Source: Bacteroidales bacterium (GTDB lineage: Bacteria; Bacteroidota; Bacteroidia; Bacteroidales; UBA3663). Taken from it: DNA of 64,000 nt. The notes under the pieces were generated by a model. It saw nothing but the letters and a program-made list of their open reading frames with translations. It made no database searches and was not told the origin of the DNA. The position numbers were made by a program, and so were the translations under genes. Positions 17,529-27,108 of this stretch are shown piece after piece (the first letter of the stretch is position 1; each line of letters begins with the position of its first letter). The stretch covers positions 7,140-71,139 of the forward strand of contig JAZQQH010000029.1 in assembly GCA_045628985.1 (NCBI GenBank). Direction: 5' to 3'.

Positions 17529-18560
17529 TTAGGGATGCTGCGGGATCGTGATCCCATTCTCTGCCGCCCATTCTGTGACGAGCTTTCCTTCTGGATGCTC
17601 ATGGTCGCAGAATCGGGCGGTTTCTAATTCGCTCCAGTGCTGTTTCTCGATTAGACGCTCGATGTAGCCTTGGCGAGTACGCTTCCAGCGGCGATGTGTC
17701 CAGAGCCAGTAGCTTGGCTGTTCGCTGATGTTTTCTTCCAGGCGACGATAGTATTCTTCAGTAATCCAGAACTCTGGTTTCTTTTTCGGTTCGTTGGTCA
17801 TCAATTCTATGGTGGCTTCATAGCGGCCACGACGGCGACGGCGTACATGGACATAATAACAATCCATATCCAGTTTCTGCGCAATACGTTCACCGCCAGT
17901 CATGACAGGGGTATCCTTGCCAAAGAACTGGAGCCAGTAGTTGAGGCTTGGCCAGATAGGTACCTGATCCCCGATGAAGCCGACGATGACAGGAAGTCCT
18001 TCCTTCTTATATTTAAGAATGAGTCGAAGGCTCTGGAACATAGGTATATTGGTCGATCCCATACGCTCTCGCTCATAGCCGACGAGACGATCCACAACCG
18101 GATTCTCCAGTGGATGGTAGAGCTGCAGACATTTGCCTTTGGTAGGATCAACCCATAAAGGCAAGGAAGAAATCCATTCCCAGTTGCAGTTGTGTCCGAG
18201 GAAGAAAGCGCACGAGCGACCCTCTTCAAGAGACTGATTGACACGTTCCAGGCCTTTGAACTGCATGCGATATTTAAGCTCCTGTTTCGGGATGGAGAAG
18301 AACTTGACGGCTTCGACAAGCAGATCGCAGAAATAGAGATAGAAACGCTTCTCGATGCGCTTGATCTGCTTTAGACTTTTGTTCGGAAAACTCTCCGACA
18401 GATTCTTCCTTACCAGCTTGCGACGATATCGCAATACATAATATACAATAAAAAAGAGAACAGACGAGAATAGGTGGTGGATGGGCATCGGAAGGATGCT
18501 CACAATCCACCACAGACCGAAGAGGATGTAGTAGAGGATATTCTGGAGTGCTGATTTCAT
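17529..18560 (-). CDS. Lipid A biosynthesis (LpxL/HtrB-like) lysophospholipid acyltransferase family protein
   Basis: N-terminal TM segment and an HX4E catalytic motif (GHNCNWEW). The start is set at MKSALQNILYY (ATG 18560), because the upstream 100 codons of the ORF overlap the preceding gene. Confidence 0.8.
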   Translation of the reverse strand: MKSALQNILYYILFGLWWIVSILPMPIHHLFSSVLFFIVYYVLRYRRKLVRKNLSESFPNKSLKQIKRIEKRFYLYFCDLLVEAVKFFSIPKQELKYRMQFKGLERVNQSLEEGRSCAFFLGHNCNWEWISSLPLWVDPTKGKCLQLYHPLENPVVDRLVGYERERMGSTNIPMFQSLRLILKYKKEGLPVIVGFIGDQVPIWPSLNYWLQFFGKDTPVMTGGERIAQKLDMDCYYVHVRRRRRGRYEATIELMTNEPKKKPEFWITEEYYRRLEENISEQPSYWLWTHRRWKRTRQGYIERLIEKQHWSELETARFCDHEHPEGKLVTEWAAENGITIPQHP

Positions 18561-18576
18561 GTAATGATATTCTTGA

Positions 18577-19638
18577 CTACGATTTCTTTGGCCAGCCAAA
18601 GGTCTTAATGCTAGTGTACTTGCGCCACAGATTGAGCTTGCGCTGCTCCGGTACGCCATGACGGCGGATGAAGTCACGAGCTCCTTCGAGCATGCGGTGA
18701 GCCACCTTACCGTCGAGGTAAGGATCGTAGTTGTCAATGATCCAGCGACGCATCTCGGTGTACTTGCCGCCATGATCCATGACGTCGTGATAGGCCTCGG
18801 AGAGTTCCTCTGGCTGCTGGATGTTGCGCCAGTGGATGTCCTGTGGCTTGGTGGCTGCACGAAGGGTAATGACAGGCTTGTCGATCAGCAGTTCCTCATA
18901 GATGGTCGATGACGTGTCGCTGAGCATGCAGTCGCTCATGAGCATATATTTGGTGACGGTGAAGTCGTCAATCCATACGATGTTCTCCACCTCATTGGCC
19001 AACTGCTTGTAGGCGTCGATGTGCTCCTGTGCAGTGAGCGGATGGAACTTCATCAGGACAACCACGTCTTCCTTCTGCGCAAATTCGCGGAGCGCCTCCT
19101 TCATGTAAGGTAATGAGGTGAGCGAAGGCGAGAAGGTAGGAGCGTAGAGCATGATACGGCTCTTACCATACTTCTTGAGGTATTCCTCACGCTGAGCGTC
19201 GAAAGTATGCAGGTTGGCAAAGATCCAATCCTGACGCGGCCAACCGGTCTCGAGCACCTCGAAGTCCTTGTACTTCTTAGCCAGTCGCTCAAATCCCTGG
19301 GTAAAGAATGGTCCCTGGGTAAAGTAAGTGTCGAAGTAGCGACGGATCACCCAGTGGTCTTTCTTCTCGGCAGCATAGCCATGGAAGACCTGGATCTTGA
19401 CGCCACTGAGATAATAAGGTACGATGTTGCCTGGCACGAAGACAGCATCCGGATGGAAATCTTGAATTTCAGGAATGCTGTTGGTATAGCGTACCTGATC
19501 CTTCAGCGGGAAGTCTGGGATCTTCTTCTGATGCACGTACCAGAGTACCTCATTGCCGCCTTCCTTATCTGCTTCGACCTGAATAGGGTTGAGGATGTCG
19601 ATGGCATATTTGTTTTCGCAGAACAAACAGATTTTCAT
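18577..19638 (-). CDS. CDP-alcohol (glycerol/ribitol-phosphate type) phosphotransferase, TagB/TagF family-like
   Basis: 353 aa. The C-terminal region LMSDCMLSDTSSTIYEELLIDKPVIT resembles the Glyphos_transf signature. Recognised by eye only. Confidence 0.65.
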   Translation of the reverse strand: MKICLFCENKYAIDILNPIQVEADKEGGNEVLWYVHQKKIPDFPLKDQVRYTNSIPEIQDFHPDAVFVPGNIVPYYLSGVKIQVFHGYAAEKKDHWVIRRYFDTYFTQGPFFTQGFERLAKKYKDFEVLETGWPRQDWIFANLHTFDAQREEYLKKYGKSRIMLYAPTFSPSLTSLPYMKEALREFAQKEDVVVLMKFHPLTAQEHIDAYKQLANEVENIVWIDDFTVTKYMLMSDCMLSDTSSTIYEELLIDKPVITLRAATKPQDIHWRNIQQPEELSEAYHDVMDHGGKYTEMRRWIIDNYDPYLDGKVAHRMLEGARDFIRRHGVPEQRKLNLWRKYTSIKTFGWPKKS

Positions 19639-19687
19639 TGTCTATGCTTTTTCGGGATGGATGTTCGATCGGCCGGATGGTCAATCA

Positions 19688-20419
19688 CTAGAATAATGCT
19701 GCAGGAATACGCATCTTAGCGTTCTCAAAATCCTCGACAGTATCAAGCTCGCAAGAGAAAAGCTCGGTGACATCGAGCACCTGATAGGAGTGACCTTGTG
19801 CGATGAGACGCAGGAAGGCCAACTCATAGAACTTATTCTCGAGGTGCTCCTCGTTCATCATGACATCAAGCTCCTTGTAGAGTGCAGAGGTGTACGATGG
19901 TCCCATCTTCTCGATGCCAAGGCTTTCACCCGCAGCGTCGGAAGGATTGCAGGTCTTGCTGATCTCTGTGATATTGCCGGTAGCATCGGTTACGACTTTC
20001 ATCTCCTCTTCGCCAAGTTCATGACGGATGAGTGTGAGCACGTCCTCTGCTGGATTGGCCAGAACGCGAGCTACAATCTCCGGATCATAGAGCAGGTCAC
20101 TGTCGAGCAGGAGCATCTCTTTGCCCTCCACTTCAGGACGAGCCAGCCAGAGCGAATAGATGTTGTTGGTCGAATCGAAGATCTCGTTATGGATGAAAGT
20201 GCACTTCACCGAAGGATACTGCTTGGCTACAAAGTCCTCGATCTGTTCGTGCAGATAACCCGTGACGATGACGAACTCGCTGATGCCATTGCTGATCAAT
20301 GCATCCATGCTACGCTGCAACAGACAGCGCTCGCCAACCTTCAGCAGACACTTTGGAGTATTGTTGGTCAACGGACGCAGGCGCGATGCCATACCTGCTG
20401 CTAAGATGACTGCTTTCAT
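19688..20419 (-). CDS. Sugar/alcohol-phosphate nucleotidyltransferase (LicC-like cytidylyltransferase)
   Basis: N-terminal MKAVILAAGMASRLRPLTNNTPKCLL nucleotidyltransferase signature. 243 aa. Confidence 0.85.
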   Translation of the reverse strand: MKAVILAAGMASRLRPLTNNTPKCLLKVGERCLLQRSMDALISNGISEFVIVTGYLHEQIEDFVAKQYPSVKCTFIHNEIFDSTNNIYSLWLARPEVEGKEMLLLDSDLLYDPEIVARVLANPAEDVLTLIRHELGEEEMKVVTDATGNITEISKTCNPSDAAGESLGIEKMGPSYTSALYKELDVMMNEEHLENKFYELAFLRLIAQGHSYQVLDVTELFSCELDTVEDFENAKMRIPAALF

Positions 20420-21450
20420 GAGAGTGCTACGCGCTTAATGGTGTCGACTACTACCTGGATCTGCTCAGGACGGCCCAAGGTGATGCGGAGGCAAGACTCA
20501 AGACCCTTGTCATTCATGAACTTGATCTTGTAGTTCTGCTCCTTCATGGCCTGCTGCAGACGCTCCTTGATCTCGATAGGATACTTGATCAAGATAAAGT
20601 TTGCCACGCTCTTGTATACCTTGAAGCCTGGCAGATCGCCCAGTTCCTTCTTGAAGAGCTGACGATCCCATTCCATCTGGTCGGCCACTGCACGGTAGTG
20701 GTCATCGCTCTCAAGCGCAGCCAGCGCTACAGCCTCACTGAAGCGGTTGTAACCAAGGTACTTGTTAGCATAGCTGAGGAAGTTCTCATGACCTGCACCC
20801 ATGAAACCGAATCCGATGCGGAGGCCTGGTAGACCGTAGAACTTAGAGAGCGTACGGCTGATGATGAGGTTGCTATACTTATTGACCAATGGTGCGATAT
20901 AGTCGGTGTCGGTAGTGATGAAGCTGGCGTAAGCCTCGTCAATCAGTACCATCGTCTCTGCAGGAATATTCTCCATGATTCGACCGATCTCCTCCGAAGT
21001 CAGACAGTTGCCTGTCGGATTGTTAGGTGAGGCGAGGAGGAGCATACGAGGACAGATGCGATTGGTGTACTCGATGACTTCTTCGACGTTATATGCAAAG
21101 GTGTCCTCTTGCTCGTAGAGCGGATACATATAGGTCTCGCCGCCACATTCGCCGGCAATGCGGTTGTAGTACCACCATGAGAACTCTGGGATGAGGATGG
21201 TCTTGTTGTTTCCCTTCATCAAATAGTAGTGTACGGCGTTCTTGAGGATATCCTCGCCACCGTAGCCAAGGAGTACCTGTGGCTCAGGGACACCATAGAT
21301 CTCGCTGAGGCGAACAGATACGATGCTCTTCTTGCCCTCGTCATAGATGCGGGTGTAGAAGCAGAGCGTCTCAGGGTCGAAGCTCTTGACGGCATCGATC
21401 ACCTTCTGAGAAGGCTTGAAATTAAATTCGTTTCTATCAAGGAAATTCAT
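20416..21450 (-). CDS. Class I/II PLP-dependent aminotransferase/decarboxylase (HisC/CobD-like)
   Basis: PLP-lysine motif SRTLSKFYGLPGLRIGF and NPNNPTG motif. It overlaps the downstream nucleotidyltransferase by 4 nt. Confidence 0.85.
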   Translation of the reverse strand: MNFLDRNEFNFKPSQKVIDAVKSFDPETLCFYTRIYDEGKKSIVSVRLSEIYGVPEPQVLLGYGGEDILKNAVHYYLMKGNNKTILIPEFSWWYYNRIAGECGGETYMYPLYEQEDTFAYNVEEVIEYTNRICPRMLLLASPNNPTGNCLTSEEIGRIMENIPAETMVLIDEAYASFITTDTDYIAPLVNKYSNLIISRTLSKFYGLPGLRIGFGFMGAGHENFLSYANKYLGYNRFSEAVALAALESDDHYRAVADQMEWDRQLFKKELGDLPGFKVYKSVANFILIKYPIEIKERLQQAMKEQNYKIKFMNDKGLESCLRITLGRPEQIQVVVDTIKRVALS

Positions 21451-21479
21451 ATCTTGTGATTTTTTATCTTGTCTTTTTT

Positions 21480-22373
21480 TTACTTGATCTTGTCAAATCC
21501 CTCGCCGAACACACCGTGGCAGAACTGCTGGCTGACCATCGCGTTAGGGTCGATGCTCTTGATGAGGTTGAAGACGTACTGGCTCTCGAACTTGCGACAG
21601 AGGACCATCACTACCTCCACGTCTTGCTTAGAGTACCAGCCTTGGCCATTGAGGATGGTCACGCCTCGATGCATCTGATGATTGATGGCGTCGGCTATCA
21701 TCTCATAGCGTTTGCTGATGATCAGGAACTGTACCGTCTGTCGGTTACCATTGAGTACATAATCCATCGTGATGCTGGCAATGAGCGTATAGACAACACC
21801 GTAGACAATGATCTCGAAAGAGTGAAACAGCAGGTACGAGCTCGAGATGATACAGATATCCACCAGCTGCATGGCGCGTCCCATACTCATATTCGAATAC
21901 TTGTTGATCAATGCCACGATGATATCAGTGCCACCCGTCGATCCGTTATGTGTAAAAACCAAAGCCAGACCTGCACCTCCTAACATGGCTCCGATGAGCA
22001 CATGCATGAACTTGTCTTCACCTGGAGTAATCAGCGCGTACTCAGCAAAGACTGGCTGGAAAAGTCCGATGAAGAGTGACAACAGAGATACACCAATGAG
22101 GGTGCGGATTACAAAGATCTTCGACAAGGCTCGGAAGGCGAGCAACAGAAGTCCGATGTTAAGCACCCAGATGGTAATTGCTGGCGAAATCTTCATCGAG
22201 TAATAAAGCAGGGAAGAAATACCTGCCACACCACCCTGTACTAACTGTTCTGGCAGAATAAATGCATCGTATCCTATCGCATAGAGGGCGATGCCGCAAG
22301 TAATAAAGAAGTAGTCCTTCAGCATCTGCTTCTGACTACGGGCTTCAATGAGCTTCGATAATTGGCTCTTCAT
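21480..22373 (-). CDS. YitT family membrane protein (DUF2179 C-terminal domain)
   Basis: 297-aa polytopic protein with family-typical GGTGGTDII and a C-terminal soluble domain. Confidence 0.8.
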   Translation of the reverse strand: MKSQLSKLIEARSQKQMLKDYFFITCGIALYAIGYDAFILPEQLVQGGVAGISSLLYYSMKISPAITIWVLNIGLLLLAFRALSKIFVIRTLIGVSLLSLFIGLFQPVFAEYALITPGEDKFMHVLIGAMLGGAGLALVFTHNGSTGGTDIIVALINKYSNMSMGRAMQLVDICIISSSYLLFHSFEIIVYGVVYTLIASITMDYVLNGNRQTVQFLIISKRYEMIADAINHQMHRGVTILNGQGWYSKQDVEVVMVLCRKFESQYVFNLIKSIDPNAMVSQQFCHGVFGEGFDKIK

Positions 22374-22379
22374 AAAATT

Positions 22380-23072
22380 TTATCTAATAGTCACCTGTGT
22401 CGCTCCGAATCCATACTGCTGGAACGAAGCGTCCTGCCAGTCGCACTTGGCGTATTTGAGTTTGAGTTCGTCGATGATAGCCTTGCGTAGCACACCCTCA
22501 CCCTTGCCGTGGATGAAGACGATCTTCTGACCCTTGGCATTCTTATACGACTGCATGGTCTCGCGGAAGACTCCCATCTGGTGCTCCAGCATGGCTGCAT
22601 TGTTCATGCCAGCCGAAGTCTCGAGCAAGGCGTTGATATGCAGATCGACCTCAATGATGCCGTTGCGCAATACCTCATGCGGATTGCTCTTGATAGTGTT
22701 GGCTACACCCTTCTTGACGTTCTCCTTCGTTCCGAACTGAGCGCGGAGCAAGGCGAGCTTCAGGTCACTCATCTCAGCCTTGAGCGCATGTATTTCTTCC
22801 TTGAGCTGACGGTTTTCTTCCTTCAGCTTATCTACTTCTGTCATTGCCTGACGTGCGGCCATCTGTGCACGGGTCAGCGGAGCCTGATGCACGGGAGCAT
22901 GGCCTGCCTGACGCTGATCTTCCTCTTCGCTGACCACTACACACTGTGAAGCGATGGTCGGAATTTCAAAGCCATCCTCGTCCTCAACGAGTACGAGTCC
23001 TTTGCTGTCGAATCCCTTCACGATACCGCCTCCCTGGGCGTCGAGGAATCTTACTTTATCTCCGATTTTCAT
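22380..23072 (-). CDS. Smr domain protein (DUF2027 N-terminal domain plus C-terminal Smr/MutS2-type nuclease domain)
   Basis: The C-terminus has EVDLHI...FIHGKGEGVLRKAI, the Smr signature. Confidence 0.8.
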   Translation of the reverse strand: MKIGDKVRFLDAQGGGIVKGFDSKGLVLVEDEDGFEIPTIASQCVVVSEEEDQRQAGHAPVHQAPLTRAQMAARQAMTEVDKLKEENRQLKEEIHALKAEMSDLKLALLRAQFGTKENVKKGVANTIKSNPHEVLRNGIIEVDLHINALLETSAGMNNAAMLEHQMGVFRETMQSYKNAKGQKIVFIHGKGEGVLRKAIIDELKLKYAKCDWQDASFQQYGFGATQVTIR

Positions 23073-23095
23073 ATTCTATTTTATTTTTGCGCGTG

Positions 23096-23103
23096 CAAAG
23101 TTA
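23096..23103 (-). promoter_or_regulatory. -7 promoter box (TAacTTTG) upstream of the Smr gene
   Basis: The reverse complement of CAAAGTTA is in the context TAACTTTGCACGC. It may drive transcription of the whole minus-strand block from 23072 down to 17529. Confidence 0.5.
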
Positions 23104-23155
23104 CCAAATTTTATTCTTTTCGCAAAATAAATTTTGACAAAAGGATATTTTTAAC

Positions 23156-23163
23156 TACCTTTG
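23156..23163 (+). promoter_or_regulatory. -7 promoter box TAccTTTG for queA
   Basis: CTACCTTTGCACGC lies about 32 nt upstream of the ATG at 23195. Confidence 0.55.
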
Positions 23164-23194
23164 CACGCGTATTTTTATTAAAATAGTATGTAAG

Positions 23195-24556
23195 ATGGCA
23201 AAAATAGACCCAAGAAATATAGAAATTAAGAACTACGACTACCCTTTGCCTGACGAGCGGATCGCTAAATACCCCCTCTCTCAGCGCGATCAGTCGAAGC
23301 TCCTCGTGTGGCATCCAGCCTCGTCCGATGGAGTAGGAGAGGGGACCATCGACGAGCATCATTTCTTCGAACTCCCTGAGCAGATTCCTGCAGGTTCGAT
23401 GATCGTCTTCAACAACACTCGTGTCATCCAGGCTCGTCTGCATTTCCGCAAACCGACGGGAGGTGTCGTCGAAGTCTTCTGCCTCGAGCCTGAGGCACCA
23501 AAGGACTATCAGCAGAATTTTGCTTCGGAGAAGGAGTGTGTATGGACCTGTCTCGTCGGTAATAGCAAGAAGTGGAAGGAGGGAAGTCTTTCTATCTCTG
23601 TCGAACTCAAGGACGGTCGCAACACCACTTTATATTGTGAACGCGCAGGTGAGTTAGGCCCAAGTCAGAAGATCCGATTCTACTGGGATACTGAGGACGG
23701 TCAGCCCATTTCTTTCGCACAGTTGCTCGATGCGATGGGAGAGCTCCCTATCCCTCCATACCTCAACCGCGACACCGAAGAGAAGGACAAAGAGACTTAT
23801 CAGACCGTCTATTCGAAGATCAAAGGAAGCGTAGCCGCCCCTACCGCCGGCCTTCATTATACACCTGAGGTGCTCGATAAACTCCAGCAGAAAGGATGTT
23901 CTTTGCAATACTTGACACTTCACGTAGGCGCAGGTACCTTCAAACCCGTCAAGAGCGAGACCATCGAAGGCCACGACATGCACACCGAGTTCATAAGTGT
24001 CCCTAAGCAAGTCATCGAGAATATTTACGAATTCAAATCTCGTCAACAAGAGGTAATCACTCCCCTCCCTCGACGGGAGGGGCAGGGGGTGGGTTTATTA
24101 ATCGCCACCGGCACCACCAGCGTCCGCACTCTGGAGAGCCTATATTATATAGGAGAGAAACTCGCCTCCATCCGCTCCGCTCAAGGAGAAGATTGGTCCG
24201 CCACCGTCCATCCCGAGGATCTCATCGTCCATCAGTGGGAACCTTACGACCTGGAGCATACGATGTCCCTGACCGATTCGCTCCGTCAGATTCTCGACTA
24301 TCTGGAAGCTTCTCTGCAGGATACGCTGGTCACTGCTACGCAGATTCTCATCGCACCAGGCTTCCAGTATCGACTCATCGATGCTATCGTCACCAATTTC
24401 CACATGCCACAGAGCACCTTGCTCTTGTTAGTCAGTGCATTGGTCGATGGAGATAGCTTAGTGGGGGAGAACTGGCATCGCATCTATCGCTATGCACTCG
24501 ACCATGACTTCAGATTCCTGAGTTATGGCGATTCGAGCATCCTTTTCAGACACTGA
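23195..24556 (+). CDS. queA: S-adenosylmethionine:tRNA ribosyltransferase-isomerase
   Basis: Conserved blocks VFNNTRVIQARL, PIPPYL, YQTVYS...VAAPTAGLH, LHVGAGTF, GTTSVRTLES, VTNFHMPQSTLL and FLSYGD. Confidence 0.92.
   Translation: MAKIDPRNIEIKNYDYPLPDERIAKYPLSQRDQSKLLVWHPASSDGVGEGTIDEHHFFELPEQIPAGSMIVFNNTRVIQARLHFRKPTGGVVEVFCLEPEAPKDYQQNFASEKECVWTCLVGNSKKWKEGSLSISVELKDGRNTTLYCERAGELGPSQKIRFYWDTEDGQPISFAQLLDAMGELPIPPYLNRDTEEKDKETYQTVYSKIKGSVAAPTAGLHYTPEVLDKLQQKGCSLQYLTLHVGAGTFKPVKSETIEGHDMHTEFISVPKQVIENIYEFKSRQQEVITPLPRREGQGVGLLIATGTTSVRTLESLYYIGEKLASIRSAQGEDWSATVHPEDLIVHQWEPYDLEHTMSLTDSLRQILDYLEASLQDTLVTATQILIAPGFQYRLIDAIVTNFHMPQSTLLLLVSALVDGDSLVGENWHRIYRYALDHDFRFLSYGDSSILFRH
24059..24100 (+). 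repeat. G/C-tract palindromic mini-element, copy E3, inserted in frame (14 codons) in queA
   Basis: ACTCCCCTCCCTCGACGGGAGGGGCAGGGGGTGGGTTTATTA encodes TPLPRREGQGVGLL. Its stem is CCCCTCCC/GGGAGGGG and it is similar to E2. Confidence 0.75.
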
Positions 24557-24666
24557 TTTGACTTATTCTTTTGAGAAATAGTAAAGTCTATTTGACAAAC
24601 GTCCGTCAAATAGACTTTTTTTTTGACTATTTTATCTCAAAATGCGCAAATTATTTATATTTATAG

Positions 24667-24674
24667 TATCTTTG
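24667..24674 (+). promoter_or_regulatory. -7 promoter box TAtcTTTG for gap
   Basis: GTATCTTTGCGC lies about 70 nt upstream of the ATG at 24744. Confidence 0.55.
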
Positions 24675-24743
24675 CGCTGTCTTAAGGACGAAAATTAGTG
24701 TTTTAACCCATTTTATATAAACAATCAAAATCATTTTACTAAG

Positions 24744-25769
24744 ATGACAAAAGTAGCTATTAATGGTTTCGGCCGCATCGGTCGTCTCGCATTCCGTCAG
24801 ATGTTTGAGGCTGAGGGTTATGAGGTAGTTGCAATCAACGACCTTACTTCTCCAGCAATGCTCGCTCACCTTCTCAAGTATGATACCGCTCAGGGTGGTT
24901 TCGCTGGCAAGTTCGGTGAGGGCAAGCACACTGTAGAGGCAACTGAGAACTCTATCATCGTTGACGGTAAGGAGATCAAGATCTCTGCTGAGAAGGACGC
25001 TGCTAACTGCCCATGGGCTGCTAACGACGTAGACGTAGTTCTCGAGTGCACCGGTTTCTATACTTCTAAGGAGAAGGCTTCTGCTCACCTCGCTGCTGGT
25101 GCTAAGAAGGTTGTTATCTCTGCTCCTGCTGGTAAGGACCTCCCAACCATCGTTTACAACGTTAACCACACCACTCTCACCGCTGAGGATAAGGTTATCT
25201 CTGCTGCATCTTGTACTACCAACTGCCTCGCTCCAATGGCTAAGGCTCTTAACGAGTACGCTCCAATCGCTTCTGGTATCATGTCAACCATCCACGCTTA
25301 CACTGGCGATCAGATGATCCTTGACGGTCCACAGCGTAAGGGTGACCTCCGTCGTTCACGCGCAGGTGCTCAGAACATCGTTCCTAACTCAACTGGTGCT
25401 GCTAAGGCTATCGGTCTCGTTATCCCAGAGCTCAACGGTAAGCTCATCGGTTCTGCTCAGCGTATCCCAACCCCAACTGGTTCTACCACCATCCTCGTTG
25501 CTGTAGTTAAGGGCAAGGACGTTACTGTTGAGGGTATCAACGCTGCTATGAAGGCTGCTCAGACTGAGTCTTACGGCTACACTGAGGATCAGATCGTTTC
25601 TAGCGACATCATCGGTATGAAGTTCGGTTCACTCTTCGACGCTACCCAGACCATGGTTAGCAAGATCGACGAGGATACCTATCAGGTACAGGTTGTTTCT
25701 TGGTACGACAACGAGAACAGCTACACCTCACAGATGGTTCGCACCATCAAGTACTTCTCAGAGATCTAA
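24744..25769 (+). CDS. gap: Glyceraldehyde-3-phosphate dehydrogenase
   Basis: INGFGRIGR Rossmann motif and active site SCTTNCLAP. 341 aa. Confidence 0.95.
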   Translation: MTKVAINGFGRIGRLAFRQMFEAEGYEVVAINDLTSPAMLAHLLKYDTAQGGFAGKFGEGKHTVEATENSIIVDGKEIKISAEKDAANCPWAANDVDVVLECTGFYTSKEKASAHLAAGAKKVVISAPAGKDLPTIVYNVNHTTLTAEDKVISAASCTTNCLAPMAKALNEYAPIASGIMSTIHAYTGDQMILDGPQRKGDLRRSRAGAQNIVPNSTGAAKAIGLVIPELNGKLIGSAQRIPTPTGSTTILVAVVKGKDVTVEGINAAMKAAQTESYGYTEDQIVSSDIIGMKFGSLFDATQTMVSKIDEDTYQVQVVSWYDNENSYTSQMVRTIKYFSEI

Positions 25770-25795
25770 TTCTCACCCCGAGATATACTTCTGTG

Positions 25796-25835
25796 ACCGC
25801 CAGCCCAGCCATTGGGTTGGCGGTTTTCTGTTTTG
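25796..25835 (+). terminator. Rho-independent terminator after gap
   Basis: ACCGCCAGCCCA/TGGGTTGGCGGT stem (one G-U pair) is followed by TTTTCTGTTTT. Confidence 0.75.
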
Positions 25836-25981
25836 ATACTAAGGTCAGTTGGCAGTCGTTTCAAATGACTATTTTTGTTCATATTTTTTCGTTTTGCCCC
25901 TGAATCTGCACCTGTTGAACAATAATAAGACTATAAATCAATATTTTGGTACATTCCTTTGGTCAAGTCGAGAAAATGCAC

Positions 25982-25989
25982 TATCTTTG
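25982..25989 (+). promoter_or_regulatory. -7 promoter box TAtcTTTG
   Basis: CTATCTTTGCACCATCAAA lies about 37 nt upstream of the ATG at 26026. Confidence 0.6.
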
Positions 25990-26025
25990 CACCATCAAAT
26001 CATTTAACCACACAAATCTATAGTT

Positions 26026-26958
26026 ATGAAGAAAGTCAGTTTTTGGGCCGTAGCAGCTTCTGTAGCTTGTCTCAGCCTCATCGGATGCAAGAGCAAGAGT
26101 GGTAACAACACAGCCGAGGCTGATGGCCAGGCCGCTACTACCGAGCAGACCGAGGTTTCTGAAGCTGCTACTGGTAATGAAACCGTAGCTGGCGCTTTGG
26201 AGGATAGTTATAATGTTTGTCCTTTCTCGTTCCAGGTAGAAGGTAAGGTTGACGCCGAGGGCAATCCTGTTACCGTCGATCGTAAGTGGATTATGGGATC
26301 ATCGGTAGGTATCAGTACTGTTGCCGATTGGGTATTCTACACCCTCGATTCGCGTTTTCCTCTCAATGTCGATGGTTGGCATTTCGTAGGTAAGGACATT
26401 GTCAATGCTGACGAGACCTACAAGATCAACGACGAGGATGCCTGGATGTCACTCTCGAGCTTCTGCACGATCCGCACTGAGAAGTACACCAAGCCCGAGA
26501 ATGTTGAGCCTTATGAGCACGTCACCTTCAAGCGAATCTATTCTGCCGACGATGCTGAGTTCGAGGCTCCATTGATCAAGACCTCAGGCAATCAGCATGA
26601 GTACAACGGCGAGGCTAAGGAATACATCGACGAGAAGGAACTTCAAGATCGTGCCATCACATCGTTCTATCTGCAGGAGTGGGTCACTGTCTCTCTGCCT
26701 GCCGAACTGGCCAATCAGGACTTGACCTTGTCTGTAGTTCGTCATCAGCCTAACTATGAGAATGTCACCTTTGATGCAGACAAACTCTCAGAGAGCCTCT
26801 GGACTGGCAAGCCTGAGCTTGACGCTGAGTCTGGCTACGCCACTGTCTCCTTCTATGTCAACGAGGAGCAGCCCGTCGGCTTCTACGATCTCCTCTTCAT
26901 TACTAACCAGAAAGCACAGCATCGCCTCACTCTGGTTATGTTGCCCGCCAAGAAGTAA
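26026..26958 (+). CDS. Hypothetical lipoprotein
   Basis: 310 aa with lipobox LSLIGC. A promoter lies upstream and a terminator (GCTTGCAC...GTGCAAGC plus T-tract, about 26985-27012) lies downstream. I recognised no family. Confidence 0.7.
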   Translation: MKKVSFWAVAASVACLSLIGCKSKSGNNTAEADGQAATTEQTEVSEAATGNETVAGALEDSYNVCPFSFQVEGKVDAEGNPVTVDRKWIMGSSVGISTVADWVFYTLDSRFPLNVDGWHFVGKDIVNADETYKINDEDAWMSLSSFCTIRTEKYTKPENVEPYEHVTFKRIYSADDAEFEAPLIKTSGNQHEYNGEAKEYIDEKELQDRAITSFYLQEWVTVSLPAELANQDLTLSVVRHQPNYENVTFDADKLSESLWTGKPELDAESGYATVSFYVNEEQPVGFYDLLFITNQKAQHRLTLVMLPAKK

Positions 26959-27070
26959 TTCCTTCTTTATTATATAGGTATAGGCTTGCACCAAATCAGT
27001 GCAAGCCTTTTTTCTCATATTTTTTTTAGATTCATAGCCAAAAAAGTTTGCATTTCTGGCAAAAATAACC

Positions 27071-27078
27071 TATATTTG
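27071..27078 (+). promoter_or_regulatory. -7 promoter box TAtaTTTG(CA)
   Basis: CCTATATTTGCACCC lies about 31 nt upstream of the ATG at 27109. Confidence 0.55.
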
Positions 27079-27108
27079 CACCCGAGAAACTAAAAAATAG
27101 GAAGTAAA

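Noticed and set aside
17529-18860. Full 443-codon ORF as the acyltransferase gene
   Set aside because: The first 100 codons are Ser/Thr/Arg-rich and overlap the 3' end of the TagF-like gene in another frame. A proper N-terminal TM helix begins at the ATG at 18560.
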